From Haplodiscus bocki (taxonomy: Eukaryota), in NCBI GenBank assembly GCA_965655095.1, contig OZ296650.1, positions 115,320,001 through 115,384,000 of the forward strand: a stretch of DNA of 64,000 bases. Reading direction: 5' to 3'. Positions 24,585 through 36,299 of this stretch are shown piece by piece; the stretch's first letter is position 1; every line of letters begins with the position of its first letter. Position numbers and translations under genes: made by a program. The notes under the pieces are model-generated. The model did no database searches and was not told the origin of the DNA. It saw only the letters and a program-made list of their open reading frames with translations.

Positions 24585-25113
24585 GGATCTTTTCTGTTAA
24601 TTCTCCCCCACTGATTTAACTCCCCCCCACACCATAATGGATATGCGAAATAATAATCGGCGTAATGTTTTAACTTAGGCGCGAAAGAATTTTAGCCAAA
24701 CAGAGACGGGGTCTTTTCCGTTATTCCCCCCCCCCCCCAGCCAGCCCTACTGACAAAAATATTATTCCCCCCCCCCCCCCCCGTAGCTGATGCTTAGCTG
24801 AGCAGTATGGTTCAAGTTTCTGTTTAATAAAAATATTGCAATACCTGTTTATTTACTTTAACTAGCTTCAGCAAGCAGTCAACTTCTTGGAAGGTACTTG
24901 AGATTTGTGAATTGTGTGCGCAGTCTACTGAATCGCAAGAAGTATTCAGTGAATAGCTACAGCAGCTACAGCTTCGACTGGGGGTTGGGGGGGGGGGAAT
25001 AATCCTCTGGGGGGAAATAACGGAAAAGACCCCTGAGACGAGTTCGCTTCTGCGTGGGGGGAGAGATAAAACTTTGAGCTCCTACTGTGGGGGAGAGTTA
25101 ACAGAAAAGATCC
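24585..25113. mobile_element. Merlin-like MITE (outer), interrupted by a related MITE
   Basis: TIR GGATCTTTTCTGTTAA / TTAACAGAAAAGATCC. TSD GGAAACGT / GAAAACAT (6/8). Uninterrupted inverted copy at 33433-33636. Confidence 0.85.
24709..25032. mobile_element. Merlin-like MITE (inner, nested)
   Basis: TIR GGGTCTTTTCCGTTATT / AATAACGGAAAAGACCC. TSD CAGAGACG / CTGAGACG (7/8). The empty site is visible in the 33433-33636 copy. Confidence 0.85.
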
Positions 25114-26000
25114 GAAAACATATTTAAAAGCCCTACTTTTACCAACAGGCTGAAAACCGTCCTTGGTCAAAGTTTCTGGATGTCATTTTAAAAAATCCGC
25201 GAAGTGAATCCGTTACAACCACAAACCAATTTTTGAGTGCACATACTATTAAATTCCATGCATGGAGAGTTTTCTATACTGCATTAAAAATTTTAAAATT
25301 CTGAAGCTACCACAATAAGAAGCGCACTGAAAGTTTTGAAATTAAATGTCTGCAAAACGTGATTATAAACTTTTCTTATATAAAATTATCCATTGTGCAT
25401 TTAAATTTCAGAACTTGTAAAATTTCACATGCATAGCCTAAAATAATATGAAACGTCACCAACATCAAGAAACTTGCAAAACAATGCTTCTTCGACATTG
25501 TTATTGCTCAAAGTATTTTAAGATGCATTTGGTTTCATCTGAAAAGTGGCCTCAGTTCTTCGCAAGGAATATCATTATATTGTAGCTAGAAGCAGTTGTT
25601 GATAACTTAATGATAATGGCCTTGAAATGGGCAAACATTGTGTCACAACACCCGGGTTGACCTGACATGCAAATCATAATATGCACCAAAAATTGCCAAA
25701 CAAAAAAACAGCTCGCCATTAGTTTCCTTTTGTTTTTCTATGGCCCTAGTATGGAAAGTCTGTCAGCCATAAACTTGTATGGCCAGTTAATGACTTAAAT
25801 GTTATTTTGTATGGTAATCCAATGCTTTTCAATGTTCTCTTGAATTTTTTTGACAAACAACTTCCAATTTCTTCTTTACATTGTTTCGAGGAATTCAAAG
25901 TTCTTGAAAACTTGAAGACCCAAGGGGAATGCCCATCAACAACTTACAGAGATTTCCGTAATTTCGCTCTGAAAGAAAGACATATCTTTATCGAAGTCTA

Positions 26001-28493
26001 CCCTAGTTGAGAAAAATGCAACTCTTACAAATTTATTGCAAAAACTTTTGCAAGATCTTGCAAAAGAATGCATTAACATTGACAAACTCTTGCAAGGTCT
26101 TGCAAGATATGTTTGGATCTTGCAAAATTTTTGCAAGAGTGATGTGTTTTTTTGCAAAATTTTTGCGAAAGTTGTATTCAGTTTGGACAAATCTCTTTCA
26201 CAATGATTTTGTTATCGCACTAAAAGAATCAGATTTTTACGTTTCTAAGTTTCGTGTACTCCTCTACAGAAAGGTAAAAAGAATCTGTCGCAGCACGTCT
26301 GCGGAGCCTGCGGACAGACTCCCCTACAAGAAAGAACATTTCCGGACCCTCTACAGACTAAAATAAACTTTACTAACACTAAACTGTATGTTATATTTAT
26401 AAAATTAAACATATTTAATATATCTGATACGGAGCAGTTACGTATTACTTCATTTCACACAAATTTCATGTTCTCGATACGTATCATCTTCATAGCATCA
26501 TATTGTACTGATCCAGATTGGGACGGAAATACTACGGAACAAAACGATTATTCACCCAAGTCTACGTCTCTATTATAATCTACTATGAAAGTGCTATTTA
26601 TATTAATTATTTGTGTAGTGATCATACAAAACCACCTTTTGAAAAGTTCAGTGCAGCAATTCAAAGCGAAATTGACAATGTCAATAAGCTTGATCAAATC
26701 GATTACAACTGCAGTATATAGAGATTGACTTCAAAAGTGAATATTTGTTCCGTACGTGTTCCGTCGCTACAGATCTGGTGACGTCACTTCAATTTCATTC
26801 CAATTTGTGCCGTTTCTAGCCAATTCCGGAACAATTCCGTTTGCACTCATTTTAACTCCTATAGCCGCACTGCTAAAAGCAGTGCTACAACCGAATACGG
26901 AACCGTTCCGGAACGGCCTAGTAGAAACGAGGAACAGAGCAGTAAGGACTTGTAGAAATCATAGTACCGGTCCAAAATAGTCCCAAATGATGATGAAATA
27001 TGTATTTTGAGCGTGAAACAAGAATCTTGGTACTACTCCATGTAATCGGACGAAGTATTTTTTTATTATTTTCCTATTATGGGAAATGTTTGATCTTTTG
27101 TTTATATTATTATTTGATGTGGCGGCGCGGGAATAAGCACTTTGATGTCCATTTTTGACGGATTAGGCTCGTATTTTTTCCGCCTAAAGATGGAAAAGAC
27201 GCAGCTTATGAGGGAACAAATGGATTCAAGGGTGTTTATTTCCCGCCAGAGTTGGCACTTTTTGGCTTTGTAGTTAATAAGATTAAAATATTTTTCTATT
27301 TGTACCCTGACTTGGCGTGCAAACAACTATGTTTCCCGCCAAGGAAAGGGCATAAGCAGTAGAAATGAGAGTACTGGTATTATTATTAATTTTCGTACTG
27401 TATTGTAGAAGCATTTTCGAGTACTTTTCAACCTGGTTAACTGTTGTTGATTGGAAACCTACTTTTGTTGAAAAAACAACATTTTCGGTTATGTTAAAAT
27501 TATTTTGATCGAAAATAATTCACTCTTCACCACTGCTGAGATTTCTTCCCTCTTCCAAGATCATGGCAACGCTGAAAAAACAAGAGGAAGTTAGCCGCTA
27601 TGGCAAGAGAAACACAGGAGTATCCTAGGAACAACCAGTCGCAAAACTCAGCTGCTCCCGGAATAACTGAGGATTATAACACAAGTTTCCGAAGAGATTG
27701 AGGGAAGGATTACTAAAGAACTATCCCAGGAATTCAGCAGGACAGAGTCCCGCATTTTGAGTGCACTGTTCAAGTTAGACGAATTTCTCCTGAACCCACA
27801 AATACGGATATTCTGCAGAACCACTCCGGGAACATTCCGGAACACTGACGTAGAAAACCAGGAGCCAAGCGGGCATCGTTCCCAGAATGATCTCCATCCT
27901 GAAGTGGAGTTCTCTGCCTTTCGTGCCAGCAATCTAACTCACTCAGACCCGGAAGAGACCTCTCACAGAATCTTACAGTCAATTCAGAACCAAGCTTTTC
28001 GCGTCGGTTCAGAAAACGACAGGAATGATCTTAGCCAAAAGGACGAGATAACGTAACTTTGGAAGAAAATTGTTTCACACTATTTTTCTGTTCAGACAAG
28101 CTAAGCTATTACAAAACATATGATTTCAGAAAGTTCTTTATTCCTGATGCTTTTAAACACGTTCGATTACAAAATACGGTCAACAGGTGCAAAGTTCATC
28201 AAATGTTACTGCTAACAGTTAAATATGCTAGCTTTTTGGTGAAATGCGTAAACTATTAAACGTAATGTGTTTAGAGGTATATTATTTCTTGCAAGATTCT
28301 TGCGATAAATGCATTTTTTGCAAGAAACACAACTTGCAAATTTTTGGCAAGAAATGAAAAAGTGTTGCGATTGTTGTAAGAATTTTTGAAGAAGTACTTT
28401 TTACAAGAATTCTGCAAAAGTTGTTATGATTGCATGAATGTTGCAAGATTCTTGCAAAAATTGTTTTTCTTGAGATTTACGGTTTTCCAGCAG
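26001..28493. mobile_element. Non-autonomous DNA transposon with TTGCAA(G)-rich subterminal repeats and TA target duplication
   Basis: TA flanks both sides (25999-26000, 28494-28495) inside the host element. Dense TTGCAAG/TTGCAAA motifs at 26035-26170 and 28290-28460. Confidence 0.6.
27041..27967 (+). mobile_element. Solo LTR (Gypsy-type, second family) containing a gag-like N-terminal frame
   Basis: TGTAATCGGACGAAG...TCTCACA. Internal frame (with frameshifts) MATL..KRKLAAMARETQEYPRNNQSQ...EEIEGRITKELSQEFSRTESRILSALFKLDEFLLNPQ...SDPEETSH ends at the terminal CA. No TSD seen. Confidence 0.6.
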
Positions 28494-29781
28494 TACATCA
28501 CTGTAGACTATATTTTTAAGTAATGGGATTTCAAAAAATCTCATTTTTAATTTTAGGTAAGCAAAAATAAACGTAGATGCCATTTATTATGTTCCCCAGT
28601 CATACTTTTGCCAGAAGTTTTGAATTTCACACTTTATTGTAAGGTTTACCATGAGTGTTTCACCGAAAATTTTTGTTAACTAGAATTCATTATCGTAATC
28701 TGATAAAATTCGCGCTCGCTTTTCCATACTATGGCCATACTATGGTACGGTGTATGACCTGCATGGAATCTTACTACAGTATGGTCTTTTTGTGACTTGC
28801 ATGCTACCATGAACTTCTATGGAACTTTCTATGACTTTCATGTTCTCATGGATCACCATATACTGTAGTGATTTTAACTAATGCGACAACTTTAATGCAT
28901 AGGTCAACTTTAAGCACGAATAACTTGGGGAATAATCACTTTGGACAAAAGTACCAGAAATAAAATTTCTTAGAATTTTTAAGAGATTATAATGGTATTT
29001 GTTTGGAACATTTTCAACGAATTGAGCAAAAACTAGAAAATGCGTTTTTGACCAAATTTTTTATTCTTTCGAGAATTTCGTAACTTTAAAAATCTAATAA
29101 TGGATTTTTACTTCATCAATAGATGCCCCTGATGTTTCTACGACAGCTGATACCATTTGTCGGCGGAAAAGTTTTCAAAAACTATTCCAAAATTCATCTT
29201 GAATCTACTAAATTTGAAAATCAATGTATTAAAATAGGATGTTAAAATTATACTTTTATTTTTGCAATTTTTTTGAAAATTCAAATTTGTGAAAAAAGTG
29301 TTAAGGATGAAAGCTCTGGGGAATAACCAAAACTAACAAATTATGTAATTTGTTTCTTGCTATTTTGCGTCATTGTCAAGATTTTTTACGAAAACTGCCA
29401 AAATTAGTCAATATTCGCAATGCTTGCATGGTTTATTTACTCAACTTTTGGACGCAATTTTCTACCTTTTTGAACTACTTGTTTTAGCAAATAAAATAGC
29501 CATGTCGTAGCCCTTTCAATGAGCTTTCTCAGAGTACCTTTGTTTACTCTGATCTCCTATTATTTACTTCTGCACTTAGGATTTTGTACAGCGTATCAAA
29601 ATTGTTTAGTCGCATTAATTAAAATCACTACTGTATGACATTCTATGATTTCCCTGTTTAGTGTATGGTGGTGAACCCAGGTTGAAAAAACAGAAAATTT
29701 GACAACCTTCAGATCGCAAAATATGTTTTTTAAACCTCAAATTAAGATATCAAGCGGATGTTGACTCATGTGAAATCTAAC

Positions 29782-30195
29782 CTTGCATATGCTGATGAAT
29801 CGCTCTATGGTGATGCCGAGGAAAAGCAGCCAGGATAGAAATTGTTCAAAAGCATGCAAAATAGCAGTAAACTTGTAAAAATAACAACTTTGCAAAGCTT
29901 GCTCCGAAAGCACGTGTCCACTTATGCCAATGAACAGAACTGAAACACTAAAGGTCATGTCAGCGAGAGACAAAAAAGCGATGAAGCATTCTGTTGTGGT
30001 CAATTTTTTGCCGGTTTTGAAGAGGGAATAACAGATAAAAATTAATAAATTTGAAAGAAATCCAAAAATTCCATTGAAGTAAATGATGCCGGAAATGGTG
30101 TTTATGAGTTTGATAGGAATTTCAACGCAAAAGGGGGAATTTTCGTCGGAAATGTTTGGGTCGTTGGTAAAGTTGATGGATATAACTCCATTCAT
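29782..30195 (-). CDS. Class A (rhodopsin-like) GPCR, exon encoding N-terminus to TM3
   Basis: N-glycosylation sequons (NFT, NIS), TM1 GFLSNLL, TM2 LSLAD, Cys at top of TM3 (QSCYF), DRY-like ERF followed by ISICK. Donor AAG|GTTAGA at 29782/29781. Acceptor CTCTAG| at 30207, just upstream of the ATG. TM4-TM7 exons were not securely found. Confidence 0.85.
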
Positions 30196-30536
30196 TCTGG
30201 ATGAAGCCTAGAGACAAAATTTTTCTTTTCCTCAAAAATTGAACTTCATAGGAAATTAAGATCCTAAATTTAGTTCAAATTGCAAGCATTTCGGTCAAAA
30301 TCAATCGATGCTAGAATCATAAAGTAACACGTCGGGAGCGGCCCACGTCGGCGCTGCCCGTACGGCTCAACATATGTGAGGGGGTATGAGTAAAATTTTT
30401 ATATCTTGGTTTTGGAAAAAAAATTAATATTTTTGGTATTTTGAAGTTCGACAATTTGGGTTTTGGGATTTTTGTACGTACTATATTACGTTTCCGGACT
30501 GTGGGCTCTCCTTTCCAGGACGACCAAAAGCCTAGG

Positions 30537-31692
30537 CAGGGATGTTCATAATTACTATTTGTTGAAAATTTGTTGCAATAATTATATTAAATACATTTAT
30601 TTACAATCCGGGAAAATAAAATACATTTAATTATTAGCGAAAAATATTTTGATGCCGTCGATCTGAAGGCATCCGGGTTGGAAAAACATGGCTGCCATGC
30701 TATGGTCTTGCCATGATCATGCCATGATGACGGCCATGTTTCTTGGCATGGTCATCATGATTCAATGCAGGATCATGGTATGATTACTATGTTTTCCATG
30801 ATTCATACCATGACCATGGTATAATCATCATATTTTTCCATTTTTTTCTTGAAAAGAAGCTGGGTTGTTTGTCACTGTTTTCTCAAATGGTTGCTGCCAT
30901 ATATCATTATATGGCACACTTGACTGGCTTCAGAGGAATTTACGCCTCCATATTGGCGAGTCAGCAAAATTAAACGAAAATTACTCCAGAAAAATTTGGA
31001 GTTTTCTTCAGTAATAACCAATCAGCAAGTTCTTATTAAAGCACAGTATCAATATAACATACATACTACAGCTTTTTGTTATTTTTGGTAATTTCGAAAT
31101 TTTGGAAGAGAGATCAATTTTATTGAACGTTTTTTGGGTAGTTTCTGATGAGTTCGTCCAACATATTCCATATTAAAAAGTAATGGACTACCACCTGCTT
31201 ACTAATTAACAAAGTTGGTTAGATAGTTAGCGTCCTGATTACGTTATAATAATGACCATGGTCACCGTGACATGATCGTACTATTTTCCATGACGACCAT
31301 GCCATGATCATGTTTTATTTCATGATGAACATGAAATGATCTTACCATGATTATACCATGGCGAGTATGAATCACGATGATCATACCATGTCATAGCATG
31401 ATCCTCATGTTTGACCATGGCTGTTACCCCGGGCAACTCTTCGCACCTCAAACGTTGTTGAACCTATTATCCGTGATTATGGGAAAAATTTCACCCCATG
31501 CATCCCGAAGCACTTGTGTTCTTGCATGATACCATTAATATTGAAATCTGTATCAAAATAACGAGGTGTTTGATTGTGAATTATTTTTCCTCGGATCGAA
31601 TATATTAAATTAATTTATTTTTAGTCACTGCTAATAAAAATATATTTATTCTCCCGGAAAATAGTATTGAATGGTATTTTTGAACATCCCTG
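30537..31692. mobile_element. Non-autonomous TIR element with CAGGG termini (hAT-like)
   Basis: TIR CAGGGATGTTCA / TGAACATCCCTG, with extended imperfect inverted similarity (ccggga.aataaa). No clear TSD. Confidence 0.55.
30672..31433. mobile_element. CCATG-rich non-autonomous DNA transposon nested in the CAGGG element
   Basis: Ends TCCGGGTT...ACCCCGGG flanked by CA on both sides. Dense CCATG/CATGA subterminal repeats at 30685-30840 and 31255-31420. Confidence 0.65.
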
Positions 31693-33432
31693 GCCCCAAT
31701 AGTAGACTTTAGAATTTTTATAGAACTTCGTATGTTTCCTTGGTCTTAAAAAAGCAAAAAAAAACAAAAGCCACTGCAATAGTCGGGCACTTTTTCTTCT
31801 AAAAGGCAAAAAAGGCACCGACTAAAAATATTTATAGAAAAAAAACTTTTCTTATTTGAGATTCCCTACAGGGTCTTAATTGACTTTTAATGGTATCCAC
31901 TTATCTTTTCGCGAGGAAGAGGAAAATTTCACTGAGAGCTGCTGAATGCATTTGAATGATTCAAAACCTGTTTAAGTACTACTCAAATCACTGTAGAATA
32001 TGATAAAATAAGCCAGTTTTAGATAACAACCGATTAAAAGTTTTGAAAATGGTAATTTAATGTTCACAGTAATTGATGGTTTTTCGTTCCCATTTTCAAT
32101 TCGCAATGCATTCAACTGAAAAATAACGTAAATAAACATTTGATGTGGTGGCTTCTAGCAAGTAGGATTATGTGAAATAGACCAAATTCAAATTACACCA
32201 GTTTTCATCTCATTTTACATGTATTCGAGGCACCCGGTCAGACATACCACAAAATGGTGGAATCCCAAATGACGTAAGACCAGTAAACATAAAATTGAAA
32301 AGTCTGACGAAAAATAAAAATTAAATCTCTTACCGGCAGAATGTTCTGATTGGCTGAAATTTACCTGCCTACTATTCGTTAACTTCACTATAATATATTC
32401 AACGGATGTTTTTACCAACAACAAATCGTTACTAATGGCGGCAGGTAAACATCTCTGATCTTAGCAAGGTCCCAAATAACGACAACTGAGCGGTCGGAAC
32501 GGGCGATGTCGAGGTGCCGAAGGTGTTGGTTTCGATGCCGAAGGTCTGATAGTATCGCAAATTGCAAATGCCTTTCCGGCTGTAATTAGCACAATCGCAC
32601 TCATTTAGTATAATAATGGTTATTGATAATTTTATGTTTAGAGAGAATATTTTCTAATTTATGGTTAGTGGTCTTCGGTCATTTGTCACGTAATCCTACA
32701 AAATCACGACGTGAAATTAGCGTGAATGTTCAGCTCGTGAGAGACCGTGGGACACGGTGTGAAATTATCGAAATTCAGCGTGAAAAAGAACAAAAAAGAA
32801 GAAACTACGTTTCTTTTACTGATTTTAAGCTATTGTTTCTTTTATCAGATGCCCAGTTTCATAAATTTTAATGAAAAGTACGACATTTCGAGGCAGATGT
32901 TCATCAATTTTATTGAAATAAGCCAACAATTTTCGCAAAATCGCATGAAATTAGCGTGAAATTTGATTAAATTCGGCGTGATTTTGTAGAATACCTGAGT
33001 AGAATCAATTTGGTACAAACAAGGTTGACAACCAAAGCTGTTAACGGCGGAAAACATTGGAATCCGCTGAAAGGTAGTTAGGAAATTGGTAAACATTTTC
33101 CCGAGCATAAAATTCAAAACAGTTGGTTGGTGAAATTCTGTTTTCCAATTGGTTGGATATTTTCAAAGTTCAAAAAAGCTCGCTCTCTAGCTATAGCTCA
33201 AATAGTTAACAAGCAAAAAAATGGTGGTATCAAAATAGACAACAGTCTGACAGCGATTTCACAACTAGGCAATGTGAGAAAAATCTTGCTCCTTTGGCAT
33301 TGAATTAATTGATAGCCCTGATTACATAATTAGCATAAATTGAATAAAAAACGGTAGACCGGTCTAGTATGCGGCCTACATTTCACTTTCTGTTCAAGTA
33401 TGCAGTATAAATTTTACGAATGTACGGAATTT

Positions 33433-33636
33433 GTATCTTTTCTGTTAACTCCTCCCCCCACCAGTAGGAACGAGAATTTTAATTCCCCCTACGCAGAAGC
33501 GAACTCGTCTCTGATTGGCTGAAAATCACTCTCGCGCGAGTTAAACCATTACGCCACTTATTATTTCGCATATCCATTATGAAATGGGGGTGGGGAGTTC
33601 TATCAGTGGGGAGGGAGGAGATAACGCAAAAGATCC
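33433..33636. mobile_element. Merlin-like MITE (intact copy of the 24585-25113 family, inverted)
   Basis: TIR GTATCTTTTCTGTTAAC / ATAACGCAAAAGATCC. Perfect 8-bp TSD CGGAATTT (33425-33432, 33637-33644). Confidence 0.85.
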
Positions 33637-33791
33637 CGGAATTTGTTGGACCATGTTTCTTTCATCTCCCCTGGTGCACCAAGTCTCTTACGCCCGCCCC
33701 CAGCAGCGAATTCTGATAGTAATAGTAATCAATGTTTTTTCGTAATTATTTCAATGGGGTTTTTCAGAAAGTACTGTGATAATTAGAACAC

Positions 33792-34732
33792 TGTGATGAG
33801 CATGCGCTCGCTGGTGATAGTGAGGTCTCAATGCCGGAAAGTCGCCAACCTCGAAGTTTTCAACATCACGAGTCTCATCATATTTGTCTTGATTAACGTT
33901 CAATTCTATTCGTCTAGACACCGACATGAGCGGAGTGTTTTGGTAATCCCTGTGAAAACCGTTTGATCAGGGTTTTGAACCAAACTACTGGGCCCTCGGC
34001 CTGATGACTCTCACGGCCATCTCAACTCGCGGAAATACTACGTTGTCCATCGCAGTCAAAATCGCGTCACGCACCCGATTTTCGACAGTCATAGTAGCAG
34101 TATCAACTGCTTTCCTGATTTTGTCGTCAGTATTGTTTTCAATGACTTGATTTTGACATGCACTGTTTTCACCCACCGTAACCCTTCAAAAGTTATTAGA
34201 ACTACCATTTTTCTGAAGTTGTAAAGTCTCATTTCCTATTGCACCTGCACTGGTATTATTACCGATGACAAAATCGTTTAACGTCTCGTTCAACTGACTG
34301 ATTTGTCTTTTGTGTTGGCTCTTCTTCTTTCGTGTGGAAACCGTTTTGTGTAAATAGTTTAATTGCACTCAAAAATGTAAATCAACAAAATGCAACAAAA
34401 ATGGTATTAAATTATCAAAAGGCTAGTTTTATAGTTGAAGAGAAAACTGTCTCTCTAAACGTTCAAATTGAAATTCTGCAACTAATATTTGGCCAAGTTG
34501 TCTGAATTGTGTTTTCTTCAACTGATCAGTAGGAAAGTTTTCTAAATTGTGTTTTCTTCCGCAGACTTGGTGTTGTGGAAAATGCAGGGTCATTTCTCTC
34601 AGCGTTTTCCGATAGAAAATGATGAGATGATGACGTCATGTGCAAAATCGTAACCAAAATTTTGATCTTGAAACGGTTGCAAAAAATATTCTTGCGGTTC
34701 CTGGCAAGGGTCTCCATCGTTCATCTGATATA
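33792..34732 (-). mobile_element. Solo LTR (Gypsy-type, third family) containing a gag-like frame
   Basis: Minus strand ends GCTCATCACA. Putative start TATATCAGATGAAC resembles the TGT....GATGAAG starts of the other LTRs. Internal frame RKKKSQHKRQISQLNETLNDFVIG...DDKIRKAVD...DAILTAMDNVVFPRVEMAVR...RAHAHH runs to the terminal CA. Confidence 0.55.
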
Positions 34733-35989
34733 TTGTGCCGTCACAAGCGCCAGCCTGCAACAAACAGCCCTTGCATAGATTGTCTTATTGTCGAAAAAGT
34801 TCCTTAGTAGGTTATATAACTTTATTGATTCCAAAATAGAGTGAAATGGGTCTGTTGTTGTCGCTAGACTGTAACCACTCTACAGCTCGCATTCTACCGC
34901 CTGTTAGCTTTGAAGTACAAACTTCAAAGCATAGTGCTGATCTACGTGCGCATGCACACTACACTAACAACCTGCCAAATATTATTTTTTGGCAATTCGA
35001 AAAATTGAAAAAATGAAAAGAAACGTTGTAGTACAATTCATGTGTTAATCCTAAACAGTTTCATGGCCAAGTTCATTATAAATAAGTCTATACCAAACAA
35101 AATTCTCAAGAAAAACGGCTGTTTTTTTTCGTCATCGGTACGACTGCACAGCTCTGATGAGAATACATCAGTTGTTTACACGTTTTCAGGATGTCGTCAT
35201 ACTTCGAAGTTCTTTCTACAAAGATGTAAACTATATTCGCTGTGCTTAATAAATCCTCTTTGCAATCTCCCTAATGGATTTTGGAGACTGAGGGATTGAA
35301 GACGCATTACCCAGTTTATTTGACAACAAAACTCACAGTAAAAAATACTTAAGCGTGAATTCTGTGCACACCGTAACAAAAGCACCAATTCCCGCAGCAC
35401 ATCACAAACTTTCCTAGACGGCAAAAAAGATTGGCAAACAGAAAACTGCTGGAATTACATTTATTTTACAAACTTTGTATTTTTAGCTAAAACGATGGAT
35501 GCAGCATATCTTTGGAACCAATTTCCAGGTAATGTCAAAGCGTTTCCTTTTTTCTGCCATCGGTCTTTTCTGTCGTAAAGTTACAAAAGGGGAAGAAGAA
35601 CTCGGGGAGAACACTCTCAGAAACTGTCTACTATTCCGAAAATACCCTGCAAAGCACCACGAAAACTCGAACTCACTTTTAAAAAACTCCCTAGAAATTC
35701 ACCGATTCACAACATCAAAAAAACCCAGCATTACGTCTCACGCCAATCCCGGCTGTAAAAAACAGCGTGTAAAAAAACCAAAATTGGCCAAACACTCGAC
35801 AAAAACCACAATCTTTCAAACTGAACGATTTTGAAGTAACTCTATTTACTCCGGCAAGTACAGTCGTGAAGAATTAATTTGTCAAACAAATCAAAAATGC
35901 ACTTTTTGAAACTATATTGTTTTATTATCATAACAACATTTAGAACAAACAATTTTAGAGCTTTTAACAAGGCTATACTCGTGAATATA

Positions 35990-36190
35990 CCTATGACAAC
36001 CCAACCCAAAAGAAACATATATTTATGGATGCTTTAATAGATACTTTGAAAAGTTACTTTTACATTTATCTTCATAGATACCCTTAAAGCCATAGAAAAA
36101 ATTCTCGTTATATTTATCTTTGAAGCTAACCTTAAATTTACACTTACAAACACCTTTTAAAATACCTTTACAGATAACTCTGCAACCTAC
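35990..36190 (+). repeat. Left subterminal ~12-bp tandem repeat tract of the Maverick
   Basis: Periodic gatac(c/t)tt.a.a / gttactttt units; inverted counterpart at 47835-48070. Confidence 0.55.
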
Positions 36191-36299
36191 AATCAAAAAT
36201 TAAAAACTCCTACACAAAAAAATATGGATTAAAACTGACGTTTCTAACTTGAACAACCTTTTGTCTAATGTATAGACGATTTGAAGGTTTTAACCGTTT

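Larger units (their letters stand above)
25651..29680. mobile_element. Non-autonomous TIR DNA transposon, copy 2 (same family as 5562-9427), with nested insertions
   Basis: Ends CCCGGGTTGACC...GGTGAACCCAGG. Segments 25651-26000, 28494-28865 and 29629-29680 are colinear with copy 1. Confidence 0.7.

Noticed and set aside
29737-29781. C-terminal VRFHMSQHPLDILI of the GPCR ORF as coding
   Set aside because: Lies after a good GT donor; most likely intron read-through.
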